Source: Candidatus Acidiferrales bacterium (GTDB taxonomy: Bacteria; Acidobacteriota; Terriglobia; Acidiferrales; UBA7541). From it: a DNA stretch of 64,000 nt. The position numbers and the translations under genes were made by a program. Where the stretch lies: positions 2,403-66,402 of the forward strand of contig JBIOGB010000021.1 in the NCBI GenBank assembly GCA_044447665.1, written 5' to 3'. How positions within the stretch are numbered: the stretch's first letter is position 1; each line of letters opens with the position of its first letter. Below are positions 29,737 through 39,134 of this stretch, in pieces. Below the pieces are notes generated by a model, which was not told where the DNA came from, did no database searches, and worked only from the letters and a program-made list of their open reading frames with translations.

Positions 29737-30045
29737 ATGTTCCCGAGCAGACTTTTCTCCGGCCTCCTTACCGATCTTCATGAATTTACGATGGCGGCGG
29801 GCTACGTCCAGAATCGATCAGACGCCCGCGCAACCTTTGAGCTCTTCGTACGTCATCCGCCCCGCAATCGCAACCATCTGGTCGCTGCAGGTCTCGAACA
29901 AGCTCTCGACTTCCTTGAAAACGTTCACTTCTCAACCCAAGAAATGTCCTACACGAGCAAGATCGTCCAGTTAGGGACCGAACACTCACTTTTCAACGTG
30001 GATGTGACGAGCTTCACAGCTTCGGATTCGGGTCCTGAAGTATAA
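29737..30045 (+). pseudogene. pncB: Nicotinate phosphoribosyltransferase N-terminal fragment
   Basis: 'LLTDLHEFTMAAGY...ATFELFVR...VAAGLEQALDFLENVHF' matches the NAPRTase N-terminus. Similarity stops after about 70 aa. Confidence 0.8.
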
Positions 30046-30109
30046 GGCTTGTGAGCCGGCGATGCCGCGACCCGTTTGTAATAAGCCATTTGCAAATTGA
30101 ACATTCACA

Positions 30110-32599
30110 ATGACCATGTTCCGCAAAGACCGATTCCCGCCCATGTCAACGCGGCAGAACCTCGTGGATTTTTTTTGCGGATTCTCGAGATCCCCAACCG
30201 AGTTCCTCCAATACGATACCGGGTATCGCAGTTGGAGATACACATATACACAAGTAGGCCTGGCCGCGCGTCATTTCGCGGTGCGACTGTCGGAAAACAA
30301 CATTCAGAAGGGTGACAAAGTCATCTTCTGGTCCGAAAACCGTCCCGAGTGGATCGCGGCGTTCTGGGGTTGCGTCCTTGCAGGCGTAATCATTGTACCC
30401 ATCGACCACCGCTCCTCGCTGCGTTTTTTGCGGCATGTTCACGAGATCGTGGATGCGCGATTGATATTGATCGGAGAGGAAGTTCAATTAACCGCCTGGA
30501 AGGGGCAGGCGCCCGCTTGGCGACTTTGCGACCTCGAATGGACCGCGACGGATTGTGAAGCGCCCGCGGTCCCAATCGGCAAGAATGACGTCGTGGAAAT
30601 CGTGTTTACCTCGGGCGCCACCGGCGAGCCCAAAGGCGTCCTGATCACGCATCGCAATATTCTCGCCAATATCGTGTCTCCAGAACGGATTGTTTCTGCT
30701 TACCGCAAATGGTTCCGGCCGGTGCTGCCGCTGCGTTTTCTGAGCCTGATCCCCTTGAGTCACATGTTTGGACAGGTAGTCACAATGTTTATTCTGCCGT
30801 TCATTCCTGGCACCGCCGTCTTCATGCACGGATACAGCCCACACGAAATCGTGCGCCAGATCCGCAGCCGGCGCGTGTCGGTAGTTGTCGCTGTGCCCAA
30901 GATCCTTGAAGTCCTGCGGAAGCACATCCTGTTACAATTTCCGGAAACTGCTGATCCGCCTCCGGCCACGGCACACTGGATCATCCGCTGGTGGCGATAC
31001 CGCCGTTTGCATTGGTGGTTAGGATGGAAGTTTTGGGCGTTTGTGGTCGGAGCAGCACCGCTCGCGAGAGACCTCGAGGAGTTCTGGTCTCGTCTGGGAT
31101 TCGCCGTCATTCAGGGTTACGGACTCACCGAGACGGCACCCGTCGTGGCCTTCAACAACCCTTTCGACATCCAGGAAGGAACAGTCGGCAAGCCTGCCGC
31201 CGGCGTCGAAGTGAAGATCGCGCCGGACGGTGAGATTCTCGTCCGCGGCGACAGCGTAACATCCGGGTACTACCACGCTCCCTCTGAGACCGCGTCAGCA
31301 TTCGAGGACGGATGGTTTCACACCGGTGACATCGGGAGATTTGACGAGGCAGGCAACCTGACGATACAGGGCCGCAAAAAGGAAATGATCGTCACACCGG
31401 AGGGCCTCAACGTATTCCCGGAGGATGTAGAGCATGCGCTGAATCGACTTCCCGGTGTGCGGGAATCCGCAGTAGTGGGCAGAGATCGCGTCCACGCGGT
31501 TCTGGTGCTGCACAACAGCGTAGACGCGGACGAAATTGTCCGCCGGGCCAACTTGCAACTCGAAGACCACCAGAGAATCCGAAGTTTCTCGATATGGCCT
31601 GGTGACCGCCTACCGCGTACGGAAGGCACACAAAAGCTAAAACATGGCGAGATCCAAGCTTGGGTGGAGACCGGGGCTTCTGTCGCGGCAACAGCCACGA
31701 GTGGAGGTGCCGTGGTCGATCTCCTCCGGAAATATGCGCTGGACCGGGCCATCACACCAGAGACAACGCTCGACCAGTTGGGGCTGAGCTCGCTCGATCG
31801 AGTCGAACTCATGCTGGATCTCGAGGAACAGTTCAATATCAGTGTTGACGAATCGCTATTGACCGGCACGCGCACAATTTCCGCTCTAGAGGAAATAAGC
31901 GCTCCACCCAGCGCCCCCGAATTCCCCACCTGGAACCGCTTTTGGCTCGCCAGAATCATTCGCCGCGTGGCTCTTTCCGCACTCTTTATGCCACTCGTTC
32001 GCATGATTGCGCACGCTCGAATTTCGGGCGTCCAGCATTTGGCTTCGCTGCAGGGACCCGTCATTTTTGCGCCGAACCACCAGAGTCACTTGGACACGCC
32101 TTTGATCTTGGCCTCCCTGCCCTCGCGCTACCGTTACCGCGTGGCTCCAGCAGTGTGGAAGGAATACTTCGATGCACACTTTTCTCCGAGCCGTCACACG
32201 CGCTACGAATGGCTTCGGGATAGTCTCACCTACGTGCTCGTGGCGTTCTTCTTCAATGCGTTTCCCATTCCACAGACGGAGGTTGGCGCGCGCCAGTCGC
32301 TGCGCTACCTGGGAGAGTTGGTAGGTGACAACTGGTCCGTATTATTCTTTCCGGAAGGTGAACGAACCGAGGCAGGAGAGATCAAGCACTTTCAACCAGG
32401 TATCGGGTTGATCGCCGGGCGGCTCGGAGTGCCTGTTGTTCCCATTCGATTGCGGGGGTTCGAAAAGATCCTCCCTCGACACGCGCGATGGCCGCGCCCT
32501 GCCAGAGTCGAAATATCCTTCGGACCGCCTCTATACCTGAAGGGCCAAGATTACACTGCTCTGGCAAAGCAGGTGGAAGAAGCGGTCCTCGCGCTGTAG
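30110..32599 (+). CDS. Long-chain acyl-CoA/AMP ligase - acyl carrier - PlsC acyltransferase fusion
   Basis: 'FTSGATGEPKG', 'QGYGLTE', 'FHTGD'. Carrier domain 'LGLSSLDRVEL'. PlsC 'NHQSHLD' and 'FPEGER'. Confidence 0.88.
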   Translation: MTMFRKDRFPPMSTRQNLVDFFCGFSRSPTEFLQYDTGYRSWRYTYTQVGLAARHFAVRLSENNIQKGDKVIFWSENRPEWIAAFWGCVLAGVIIVPIDHRSSLRFLRHVHEIVDARLILIGEEVQLTAWKGQAPAWRLCDLEWTATDCEAPAVPIGKNDVVEIVFTSGATGEPKGVLITHRNILANIVSPERIVSAYRKWFRPVLPLRFLSLIPLSHMFGQVVTMFILPFIPGTAVFMHGYSPHEIVRQIRSRRVSVVVAVPKILEVLRKHILLQFPETADPPPATAHWIIRWWRYRRLHWWLGWKFWAFVVGAAPLARDLEEFWSRLGFAVIQGYGLTETAPVVAFNNPFDIQEGTVGKPAAGVEVKIAPDGEILVRGDSVTSGYYHAPSETASAFEDGWFHTGDIGRFDEAGNLTIQGRKKEMIVTPEGLNVFPEDVEHALNRLPGVRESAVVGRDRVHAVLVLHNSVDADEIVRRANLQLEDHQRIRSFSIWPGDRLPRTEGTQKLKHGEIQAWVETGASVAATATSGGAVVDLLRKYALDRAITPETTLDQLGLSSLDRVELMLDLEEQFNISVDESLLTGTRTISALEEISAPPSAPEFPTWNRFWLARIIRRVALSALFMPLVRMIAHARISGVQHLASLQGPVIFAPNHQSHLDTPLILASLPSRYRYRVAPAVWKEYFDAHFSPSRHTRYEWLRDSLTYVLVAFFFNAFPIPQTEVGARQSLRYLGELVGDNWSVLFFPEGERTEAGEIKHFQPGIGLIAGRLGVPVVPIRLRGFEKILPRHARWPRPARVEISFGPPLYLKGQDYTALAKQVEEAVLAL

Positions 32600-32691
32600 C
32601 AAAGTTTCTGTCAAAGAAAGGGCCGCGCCACAGGCCTACACATTAGCAGGCAGCGACAAGGCATAGCTCTATTGACACGGCGTGGTGCATG

Positions 32692-34113
32692 TCAGCCCTT
32701 GACGCAAATCAAAGGTACGAGCCGCGCAACTCGCCGCGCCAAACCCACCTGCTCGGCCGCCTGAGCGACGGCATTCACATCCTTGTACGCGCCGGGCGCC
32801 TCTTCGGCAACACCGCGATAGCTACGAGTGCGTATTAGCACACCCTTTTCGGCCAATTCGTCAATCAGCTTGCGCCCCTGCCAGAGCTTCGCAGCCTGTG
32901 TGCGACTCATCGACCGGCCAGCGCCATGGCATGCTGACGAGAACGCAAGATGCTCACTTTGGCCCGTGCCGATTAAGATATAGGATTCCGTTCCCATCGT
33001 TCCGCCAATCAGCACCGGCTGCCCCGCTCCCCGCAGCGAAGCCGGCAATTCCGGATGGCCGGGGCCAAAGCTGCGCGTTGCACCTTTGCGATGAACGAAC
33101 AGTTCTCGACTTTCGCCGTCGATGACGTGCCGCTCAATCTTGCAGGTATTGTGGGAAACGTCGTAAAGCAGCGCGAGTTCGGCACCCGGAATGAGCTCGG
33201 CGAAAGCGCCGCGAACCAGATGCGTGATGATCTGCCGGTTCGCCAAAGCGCAATTCGTGGCGGCGCGCATCGCGCCAAGATAGTGTTGCCCCAGTTCCGA
33301 GCGGATCGGGGCACAGGCAAGTTCACGATCCGGAATGGGCCGATAACCCTCGATCACCATGGTTTTCAGATAGTCTGTTCCCACCTGGTGGCCGAGACCT
33401 CTCGATCCACAATGAATGCTTACGACAATGTCGTTTTGCTGCAGCCCTAGTACAGAGGCGGTCGGGGAATCGAAGATCTCAGCCACCCGCTGCACCTCCA
33501 GATAGTGGTTGCCCGATCCCAGCGTTCCCATCTCGTGAGCTTGGCGCTTCTTCGCGTGATGCGAAACGCACTCGGGCTTCGCGTCAGATGCACTTCCACC
33601 TTCTTCAATGCGCTCGAGATCTTTTGGGATTCCGTATCCGCGAGCCACAGCCCATTGCGCGCCGCCGCGCAGCATCTCATCCATCTCGTTTTCGCTGAGC
33701 AGGATCGCACCCGTACTGCCGACTCCGGCAGGGATTTTTCTGAACAGCGCATCCGCAAGGTCGGCTTTGCGCGGCTCTAGCCGGTCCGCTGCCAGCCCCG
33801 TTTGTAACGCGCGTACTCCACAGGAAATATCGAAGCCAACGCCTCCGGCAGAGATCACTCCACCCTCATCGGGATCGAAGGCGGCGACACCGCCAATTGG
33901 AAAACCGTAGCCCCAATGAGCATCCGGCATTGCGTAAGCCGCTCGTTGGATTCCGGGCAAAGTAGCGACATTGGTGAGCTGCTCGCGAACTTTTTCATCC
34001 ATGTCACGGATCAATTGCTCACCGGCATAGATGATTCCTGGGACGCGCATCTGCCCCGTCGGTTCGATGCACCACTCGAATTCAGAATGGCGCGTGAGCG
34101 ATTGCAGGTTCAT
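32692..34113 (-). CDS. rtcB: RNA-splicing/repair ligase RtcB (archaeal/eukaryotic-like type)
   Basis: 'MPDAHWGYGFPIGGV', 'GFDISCGVR', 'GTLGSGNHYLE', 'HCGSRG', 'SHN', 'HGAGR', 'EEAPGAYK'. Confidence 0.95.
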   Translation of the reverse strand: MNLQSLTRHSEFEWCIEPTGQMRVPGIIYAGEQLIRDMDEKVREQLTNVATLPGIQRAAYAMPDAHWGYGFPIGGVAAFDPDEGGVISAGGVGFDISCGVRALQTGLAADRLEPRKADLADALFRKIPAGVGSTGAILLSENEMDEMLRGGAQWAVARGYGIPKDLERIEEGGSASDAKPECVSHHAKKRQAHEMGTLGSGNHYLEVQRVAEIFDSPTASVLGLQQNDIVVSIHCGSRGLGHQVGTDYLKTMVIEGYRPIPDRELACAPIRSELGQHYLGAMRAATNCALANRQIITHLVRGAFAELIPGAELALLYDVSHNTCKIERHVIDGESRELFVHRKGATRSFGPGHPELPASLRGAGQPVLIGGTMGTESYILIGTGQSEHLAFSSACHGAGRSMSRTQAAKLWQGRKLIDELAEKGVLIRTRSYRGVAEEAPGAYKDVNAVAQAAEQVGLARRVARLVPLICVKG

Positions 34114-34131
34114 ACATTCTCCAGCGGCGGC

Positions 34132-34548
34132 TCAGACGTCAACCACGCACTGCGCAACCCATTGACCATCTTGCTCACGATGCACTCGAAGCGCGGTGAC
34201 GGTGGCCCCCTTTGGCTCAACCCCAACCCGATGGCGTTCAGGATCAACTCTCTCGCCCACAAGAGTCCCGGTCAGAGAGCACCCAGACGTAACGACCCGA
34301 AACGTCCTGAACAACATCGTGCGCACCGCCATTTCATAGATGACCGCGTTGAGCCAACTGACAAAAAGCAGTTCGAGGTCGGGCGCATCGCAGCGGACTT
34401 CAACGGTTTCGCTTTCCCTAATCCTCGAAACGTCGGCCACAACCGCCGTGAGGGCAACCGCCGCTTGTTCAAATGCCTCTTCGACAGAGGCCCCGAATCC
34501 ACGCACGCCTATGTCCGAACCATGCGAAAAATGTTCCCAGGTGGCCAT
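34132..34548 (-). CDS. Archease
   Basis: 'WEHFSHGSDIGVRGFG', 'LFVSWLNAVIY', 'EPKGAT', C-terminal 'VVDV'. Directly upstream of rtcB. Confidence 0.92.
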   Translation of the reverse strand: MATWEHFSHGSDIGVRGFGASVEEAFEQAAVALTAVVADVSRIRESETVEVRCDAPDLELLFVSWLNAVIYEMAVRTMLFRTFRVVTSGCSLTGTLVGERVDPERHRVGVEPKGATVTALRVHREQDGQWVAQCVVDV

Positions 34549-34615
34549 CCTCTTCACGCATGCCCTGAGACTGGGCCGAGTTACGAACTTCGTTCGATTT
34601 CCCGTCGGACCCGAA

Positions 34616-34903
34616 TCACAACCTCGCGAGGAATTCTTTCCACGGCGTCGCCCCGAGTGTCTCCGTCGTCGAGTGCCCGTAAGCGCGGATAATCATTACC
34701 GCCTTCTCGATTTCTTTTGGATCATCCGTCTCCACGACATCAACGACATCGAACCGGCCGAGAGTCGCAAAACTATGTTTCCACTCCAACCCACGGCAAT
34801 CGGCCTTGATCTTGGTCGATACGGTTTCGGCCAACTTCTTAAAATCCTTGGGCTCCCGGAAAGCGTCGGGTGAAAATCGGCTTAGGATCACGTAAGTCGC
34901 CAT
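34616..34903 (-). CDS. GYD-domain protein
   Basis: AGGAGG RBS, 'MATYVILSRF...ATLGRFDVVDVVE...STTETL'. Confidence 0.82.
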   Translation of the reverse strand: MATYVILSRFSPDAFREPKDFKKLAETVSTKIKADCRGLEWKHSFATLGRFDVVDVVETDDPKEIEKAVMIIRAYGHSTTETLGATPWKEFLARL

Positions 34904-35330
34904 ACAATACCTCCTTCTAAGATTCATGCCGGTCGCTACCAAAGGTGTTTCGCAAACGATCAAATTCCGGTTTTACCAGCTGGCGTCTTTTTTCAAGACT
35001 TGCCTTGCTTCGCCAATTTCTTAGGTTTCGGGCTGCGCCACCGTTTCCGTTGCAAGCCAGAAGCCAAAAATTTAAGGGCAGCGGCAGGCTGCGAAGTGTT
35101 TCCGACCCTCTCGGGCCGGTGCGTCGAAACTCCCGGGCGCCTCGCTTACGCTTCGTGCCTGGCCGCTGCCTCAAACCGAAGGATGAAAGACTTGCGACTG
35201 GTCAAACCCTGGTTGTCGCTTCGCACCACATCAGAAGGCGACCAAGGGGAATTTCTGTGCTGCGGATTTATTCAATCCGTTGAGTCTCGGAAACTCTCTC
35301 CCATCGCATTCCCCATCCTCCGATGCTTCG

Positions 35331-35394
35331 TTTTTAGCTAACGTGTACTAAAAATGCTGTGACCTGGCTCACCCCTCGAAGTGATGAGCGTTAC
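35331..35394 (-). promoter_or_regulatory. Tandem CRP/FNR-like boxes TGTGA-cctggc-TCAC (35359-35372) and GTGA-tgagcg-TTAC (35381-35394), -10-like TAAAAA
   Basis: 22-bp spacing. Upstream of GYD-archease-rtcB, though about 430 nt from the first gene. Confidence 0.65.
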
Positions 35395-35516
35395 ACGCTG
35401 ACTAAACTCCAGCATCCATTCGGAAAGTTAGCTCAAGCCTGTTTTGGCTTTGCTGCATGGAAACAAGGAAGAGCTCCTACTCATCGCATCAGCGGGAAAA
35501 GAAGCCTGCGTGGGCG

Positions 35517-35966
35517 TCAAGTTGCTTTGACGGATGGGATTCGAACAATTTCAACGGAACAAAGCGCGTGGCGGAGAACAGCTTGCGATGTGCTCCCGAT
35601 CAGAAATCGGTCGATACCCTTGCGGCCATGGGAGCCCATAAAGATCAGATCAGCATCCCACTGCACCGCCCTGTCGAGGATGGCGGTTTTCGGTTCACCT
35701 TCTTCGATAACCGTATGCACCTGGAAACCTGCCGATCGAAGCTGTTGCGCGGTCCGCTCCCCCAATTCTTTCCCTTCTTTCAACCTCTCCCGCTGCGCGG
35801 CCTCAAGTGTTTCCACCTGTCCCACATATGCGTAAGGGATGATCACGGGCGGAACGACCACGTGGAAGACGCACACTTCCGCGCCTTCTGGCCTCATCTG
35901 CCGCACAACAGCCTGCGTGGCGGCTTCCGAGTATTTGGAGTCGTCAACCGCCAGCAAGATCTTCAT
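35517..35966 (-). CDS. Universal stress protein
   Basis: 'KILLAVDDSKYS', 'DLIFMGSHGRKGIDRFLIGSTSQAVLRHALCSV'. Confidence 0.93.
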   Translation of the reverse strand: MKILLAVDDSKYSEAATQAVVRQMRPEGAEVCVFHVVVPPVIIPYAYVGQVETLEAAQRERLKEGKELGERTAQQLRSAGFQVHTVIEEGEPKTAILDRAVQWDADLIFMGSHGRKGIDRFLIGSTSQAVLRHALCSVEIVRIPSVKAT

Positions 35967-36021
35967 GGGCAAGATCCTCTCCCCTTCGAGCAAATTGCAC
36001 GAGTCCAAAGGAGCCTAGGGA

Positions 36022-36096
36022 TTACTTCCCTTTCGCTTCCTTCAGGGTTTTCTTAGCTTCCTTCTTCGTTCTCTTGATCGCCTTCTTCTTTGCCAT
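36022..36096 (-). CDS. Putative 24-aa lysine-rich peptide MAKKKAIKRTKKEAKKTLKEAKGK
   Basis: ATG after purine-rich GGGAAAGAG. Fills the gap between two co-oriented genes. Confidence 0.4.
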   Translation of the reverse strand: MAKKKAIKRTKKEAKKTLKEAKGK

Positions 36097-36145
36097 TTCC
36101 GTTCTCTTTCCCAAAAGACTTACCTGACGATACTTAAGACGATAC

Positions 36146-36451
36146 TTAATCCGTGGCTCTTCGTCTGTAGAAGGTGACCTTGCTGTCCACGACGTTGGCA
36201 ATGTACCGGCCTTCGGAAAGAAACTGCATGATCGTGTGACCTTGTCTCGCCAGTTGCGCCCAGCGGGAGGAGGTTTCCGGGTTCTGTTCAAGACCGCGCA
36301 TTACCTCTCCATCGAGAAGGAAACCCACTTGAAGCAGGTGCTTCTTCGTGGTGCGTAGAACCGGGAATAGCCGCTCGTTGAGTTTTATTTTCTCAACTCC
36401 GTCAACAAGAGACTGCCGCCACACGGAAATCAAGGTTTCTTCGAAGCTCAT
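36146..36451 (-). CDS. Hypothetical protein
   Basis: 101 aa, GGAGG RBS, operonic with the YbaK and USP genes. Confidence 0.7.
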   Translation of the reverse strand: MSFEETLISVWRQSLVDGVEKIKLNERLFPVLRTTKKHLLQVGFLLDGEVMRGLEQNPETSSRWAQLARQGHTIMQFLSEGRYIANVVDSKVTFYRRRATD

Positions 36452-36469
36452 CTCTGCACCTCCTGACTC

Positions 36470-36963
36470 CTACGCGACGCGCCGCTTAGAACCACCCCAG
36501 GCTCTTTCCGCGAACGAGCAGACCTTGGGTTTCACGAGTCGTACAAAATCACCATTGCCCATGCGGACGCTTTCGGAGAGTGTCCCCGTACCGAAAATGA
36601 TCTCTACGTCTTCAGCGAGCGCCTCGTCCAAGTATACCGGCACGCCATAGAGCTCCCCAAAAGGCGGAATCGCTCCTGCCTCACAATCGGGAACGTCTCG
36701 TTGCATCTCTCCGGTTCCAGCAGCTGCACCTGGTGACCGACCACGGCGGACAGTTTTTCGAAATTGATGCGGTACGAAGCCGGGAGCACTGCGAGGAGAA
36801 TCTTCTCTCCGGCACGGAGAGCGACCGTTTTGCCCACCTCCTTGCCGGGAAAGTGCATGAGCGAAGCCGCGACCTGGGCACTGTGAGTGGGTACGTGCAG
36901 AATCAGCGAGTATGCGATTTGATTTTGATCTAGGTGCGATTCCAAACGTTCTGGCATAAGCAT
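36470..36963 (-). pseudogene. YbaK/EbsC aminoacyl-tRNA deacylase, one-base frameshift near 36690
   Basis: N-terminal half 'VGKTV...LAVLPASYRIN...RCNETFP' continues as 'DCEAGAIPPFG...VYLDEAL' in another frame (minus strand ttc ccg att gtg, one nt short). Confidence 0.8.
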
Positions 36964-37021
36964 AATGAAACCTCCTGCGACTTGATCGCAACTGCCATGT
37001 CTTGCGACACGGCACAATACA

Positions 37022-38446
37022 CTAATCCGCCGCCGTCGCTCCCTGGACCTGAGCCTTCTCCGCGGGAGTGAAATGGCGCGAGAACCACTCGGCGGCAACC
37101 CTTGCCGCTTCTTCGAGTGTTCCCGGCTCTTCGAACAGATGCGTGGCACCGGGAATGATCACCAGTTTCTTGTCAGGACATTTGAGCTTCGCAAGGGCTT
37201 CCCGATTCATGGTGATCACTGGCTCGTCGTCTCCTCCGACGATCAGCAGCGTGGGTGCGCGGACAATGGTAAGTGCGCCTCCCGCAAGATCCGGTCTGCC
37301 GCCCCGCGACACGACAGTGCAAACAATTTTGGGAAGTTCGGCAGCCGCCACGAGCGCCGCGCCCGCCCCGGTGCTGGCTCCGAAATAACCTATTTTGAGC
37401 TCTCGTGTTCCCGGACTGCCTTTGATCCACTGCGTCGCTGCAACCAGACGCCTTGCAAGGAAGGGGATGTCGAAACGCAGTTCGCCGGTATATTGATCAA
37501 TGGACTCCTCTTTCCGAGTCAAAAGATCAAACAAAAAGGTTGCGATTCCCTTGGATTGGAGTACCTGTGCAACATAGCGATTGCGCGGGCTATGGCGGCT
37601 GCTTCCGCTGCCATGCGCAAAAAGGACGATCCCATCCGCGTCCTTCGGAAGAGCCAAAGAGCCTTCCAGTGTTACACCTTCGAGGTCGAGCGTGACCTCT
37701 CGCCTGTCGCCGTCCCATTCTGACTTTCTCATGGTCGAGCTCCTTTCAGCGTCACTCGGGTCTTCCTTGTCCACCTTTTGAAGAGCCGGCTGCGCAGCCT
37801 GCTGCAGCAGTTCAGTTACTTTCTCATCCGCCACTTGTGAGAAATCCTCGTAGAACTGCCCGATCGCATAGAAGTACTTCGGCGTGTTGACGCAAATAAG
37901 CTCATCGACCTCAGTTCTCAGGCGATTGCAAGTCGATATCGGGGCTACAGGGACGGCGACTATCAGCCGAGCTGGCTTCATCTGTCGTAACGCCTGGATA
38001 GCAGCGCGCATGCTGGACCCTGTGGCAATTCCGTCATCCACCAGCACAACAACCTGCCCTTCCACATGAAGTGGAGGCCAGGCACCTCGATAGATGCTTT
38101 CACGTCTCGTAAGCTCCTTTTTTGCTTTTTCGGTGATCTGTTCGATCTGCGTCTCGGAAATCCCTGCTCCCTCGACGATCTCCCGATCGAGCACACGCAC
38201 CCCGCCGCTCGCCACTGCTCCGAATGCGAGCTCTTCTTGCCCAGGAACGCCGAGTTTGCGTGAAACAAACGTGTCTAGCGGGGCATGCAACGCTTTTGCG
38301 ACTTGAAAGGCGACCGGAACACCCCCGCGTGGAATTCCGAGCACAATCACATCCTTCCGGCCTGCGTAGGTACGCAGTTGCTCTGCCACCCTGCGGCCAG
38401 CATCTTCGCGATCTTTGAAAATCAGTTGCTCATCACCAAAATCCAT
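37022..38446 (-). CDS. Phosphoribosyltransferase - alpha/beta (dienelactone) hydrolase fusion
   Basis: 'FKDREDAGR', 'GIPRGGVPVA', PRPP loop 'LVDDGIATGSS'. C-terminal 'FAHGSGSSRHSPRN', 'GYFGASTG', 'HLFEEPG'. Confidence 0.88.
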   Translation of the reverse strand: MDFGDEQLIFKDREDAGRRVAEQLRTYAGRKDVIVLGIPRGGVPVAFQVAKALHAPLDTFVSRKLGVPGQEELAFGAVASGGVRVLDREIVEGAGISETQIEQITEKAKKELTRRESIYRGAWPPLHVEGQVVVLVDDGIATGSSMRAAIQALRQMKPARLIVAVPVAPISTCNRLRTEVDELICVNTPKYFYAIGQFYEDFSQVADEKVTELLQQAAQPALQKVDKEDPSDAERSSTMRKSEWDGDRREVTLDLEGVTLEGSLALPKDADGIVLFAHGSGSSRHSPRNRYVAQVLQSKGIATFLFDLLTRKEESIDQYTGELRFDIPFLARRLVAATQWIKGSPGTRELKIGYFGASTGAGAALVAAAELPKIVCTVVSRGGRPDLAGGALTIVRAPTLLIVGGDDEPVITMNREALAKLKCPDKKLVIIPGATHLFEEPGTLEEAARVAAEWFSRHFTPAEKAQVQGATAAD

Positions 38447-38517
38447 GTATATCCTCGTTTCGAGTGTCAGGCCACTTAGATCCTTTCCTACCACTCTGAT
38501 CTGTGCGTCAACCAAAT

Positions 38518-38609
38518 CTTTTAGTCCATCTCACTAACATGCGCAGTGAAGCCCATCACAGTCCTGTGTGACGCACGCTACACAACTTGGACCGGGGATA
38601 CCCCAGAAT
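38518..38609. promoter_or_regulatory. Tandem CRP/FNR-like boxes GTGA-agccca-TCACA (38546-38559) and TGTGA-cgcacg-CTACA (38568-38581) in a divergent promoter
   Basis: 22-bp spacing. -10-like TAAAAG (minus, 38518-38523) and CAGAAT (plus, 38604-38609), each 22 nt from the nearer box. Confidence 0.7.
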
Positions 38610-38624
38610 CTTTAAGCGGATATC

Positions 38625-39080
38625 ATGGCGAAACGAACGTCCAACGCCCGCCATCTAGGGATCGATCTGAGGTCAAAGAGAGAAGAAGAACTCTTCAAGT
38701 GGTTTCTTGCATGCCTGCTTTTCGGAAAACCAATTCAGACCGAAATTGCTGAGCAAGCCTACCGGGAACTCGTGGCTGCACGCCTGACGAGTCCCGCAGC
38801 GATTCTCCAGGCTGGCTGGGACAAGCTCGTGCTTCTCCTAGACCAGGCCCACTACGTCAGATACGATTTCTCCACGGCAACCAAAATCCTTGAAGTATGC
38901 AAGGAACTGAAACGCGGCTACGGTACGGTCAAAAACCTTGTCGCACAGGCTAAAACAACGTCCGAGCTTTCGCAGAAGCTGCAGGAATTCAAACACATCG
39001 GTCCAGTAACGACCCGAATTTTCTTGCGTGATGTGCAGCCAGTCTGGTATCGCAGCGCCACAACCCGCAGAAAACGATAA
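38625..39080 (+). CDS. HhH-GPD-like DNA-binding protein of unknown function
   Basis: 'FKWFLACLLFGKPI', 'YVRYDFSTA', helix-hairpin-helix 'LQEFKHIGPVTTRIFLR'. Confidence 0.72.
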   Translation: MAKRTSNARHLGIDLRSKREEELFKWFLACLLFGKPIQTEIAEQAYRELVAARLTSPAAILQAGWDKLVLLLDQAHYVRYDFSTATKILEVCKELKRGYGTVKNLVAQAKTTSELSQKLQEFKHIGPVTTRIFLRDVQPVWYRSATTRRKR

Positions 39081-39134
39081 ACCTGCAGATTTTCCAGGTC
39101 CTCTCACTCGAAGAAAAATCGCGGATGATAGGAC

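Noticed and set aside
34917-35341. Short ORFs between the GYD gene and the tandem boxes
   Set aside because: No RBS or recognisable domain. Possibly a long leader or eroded gene, but not supportable.
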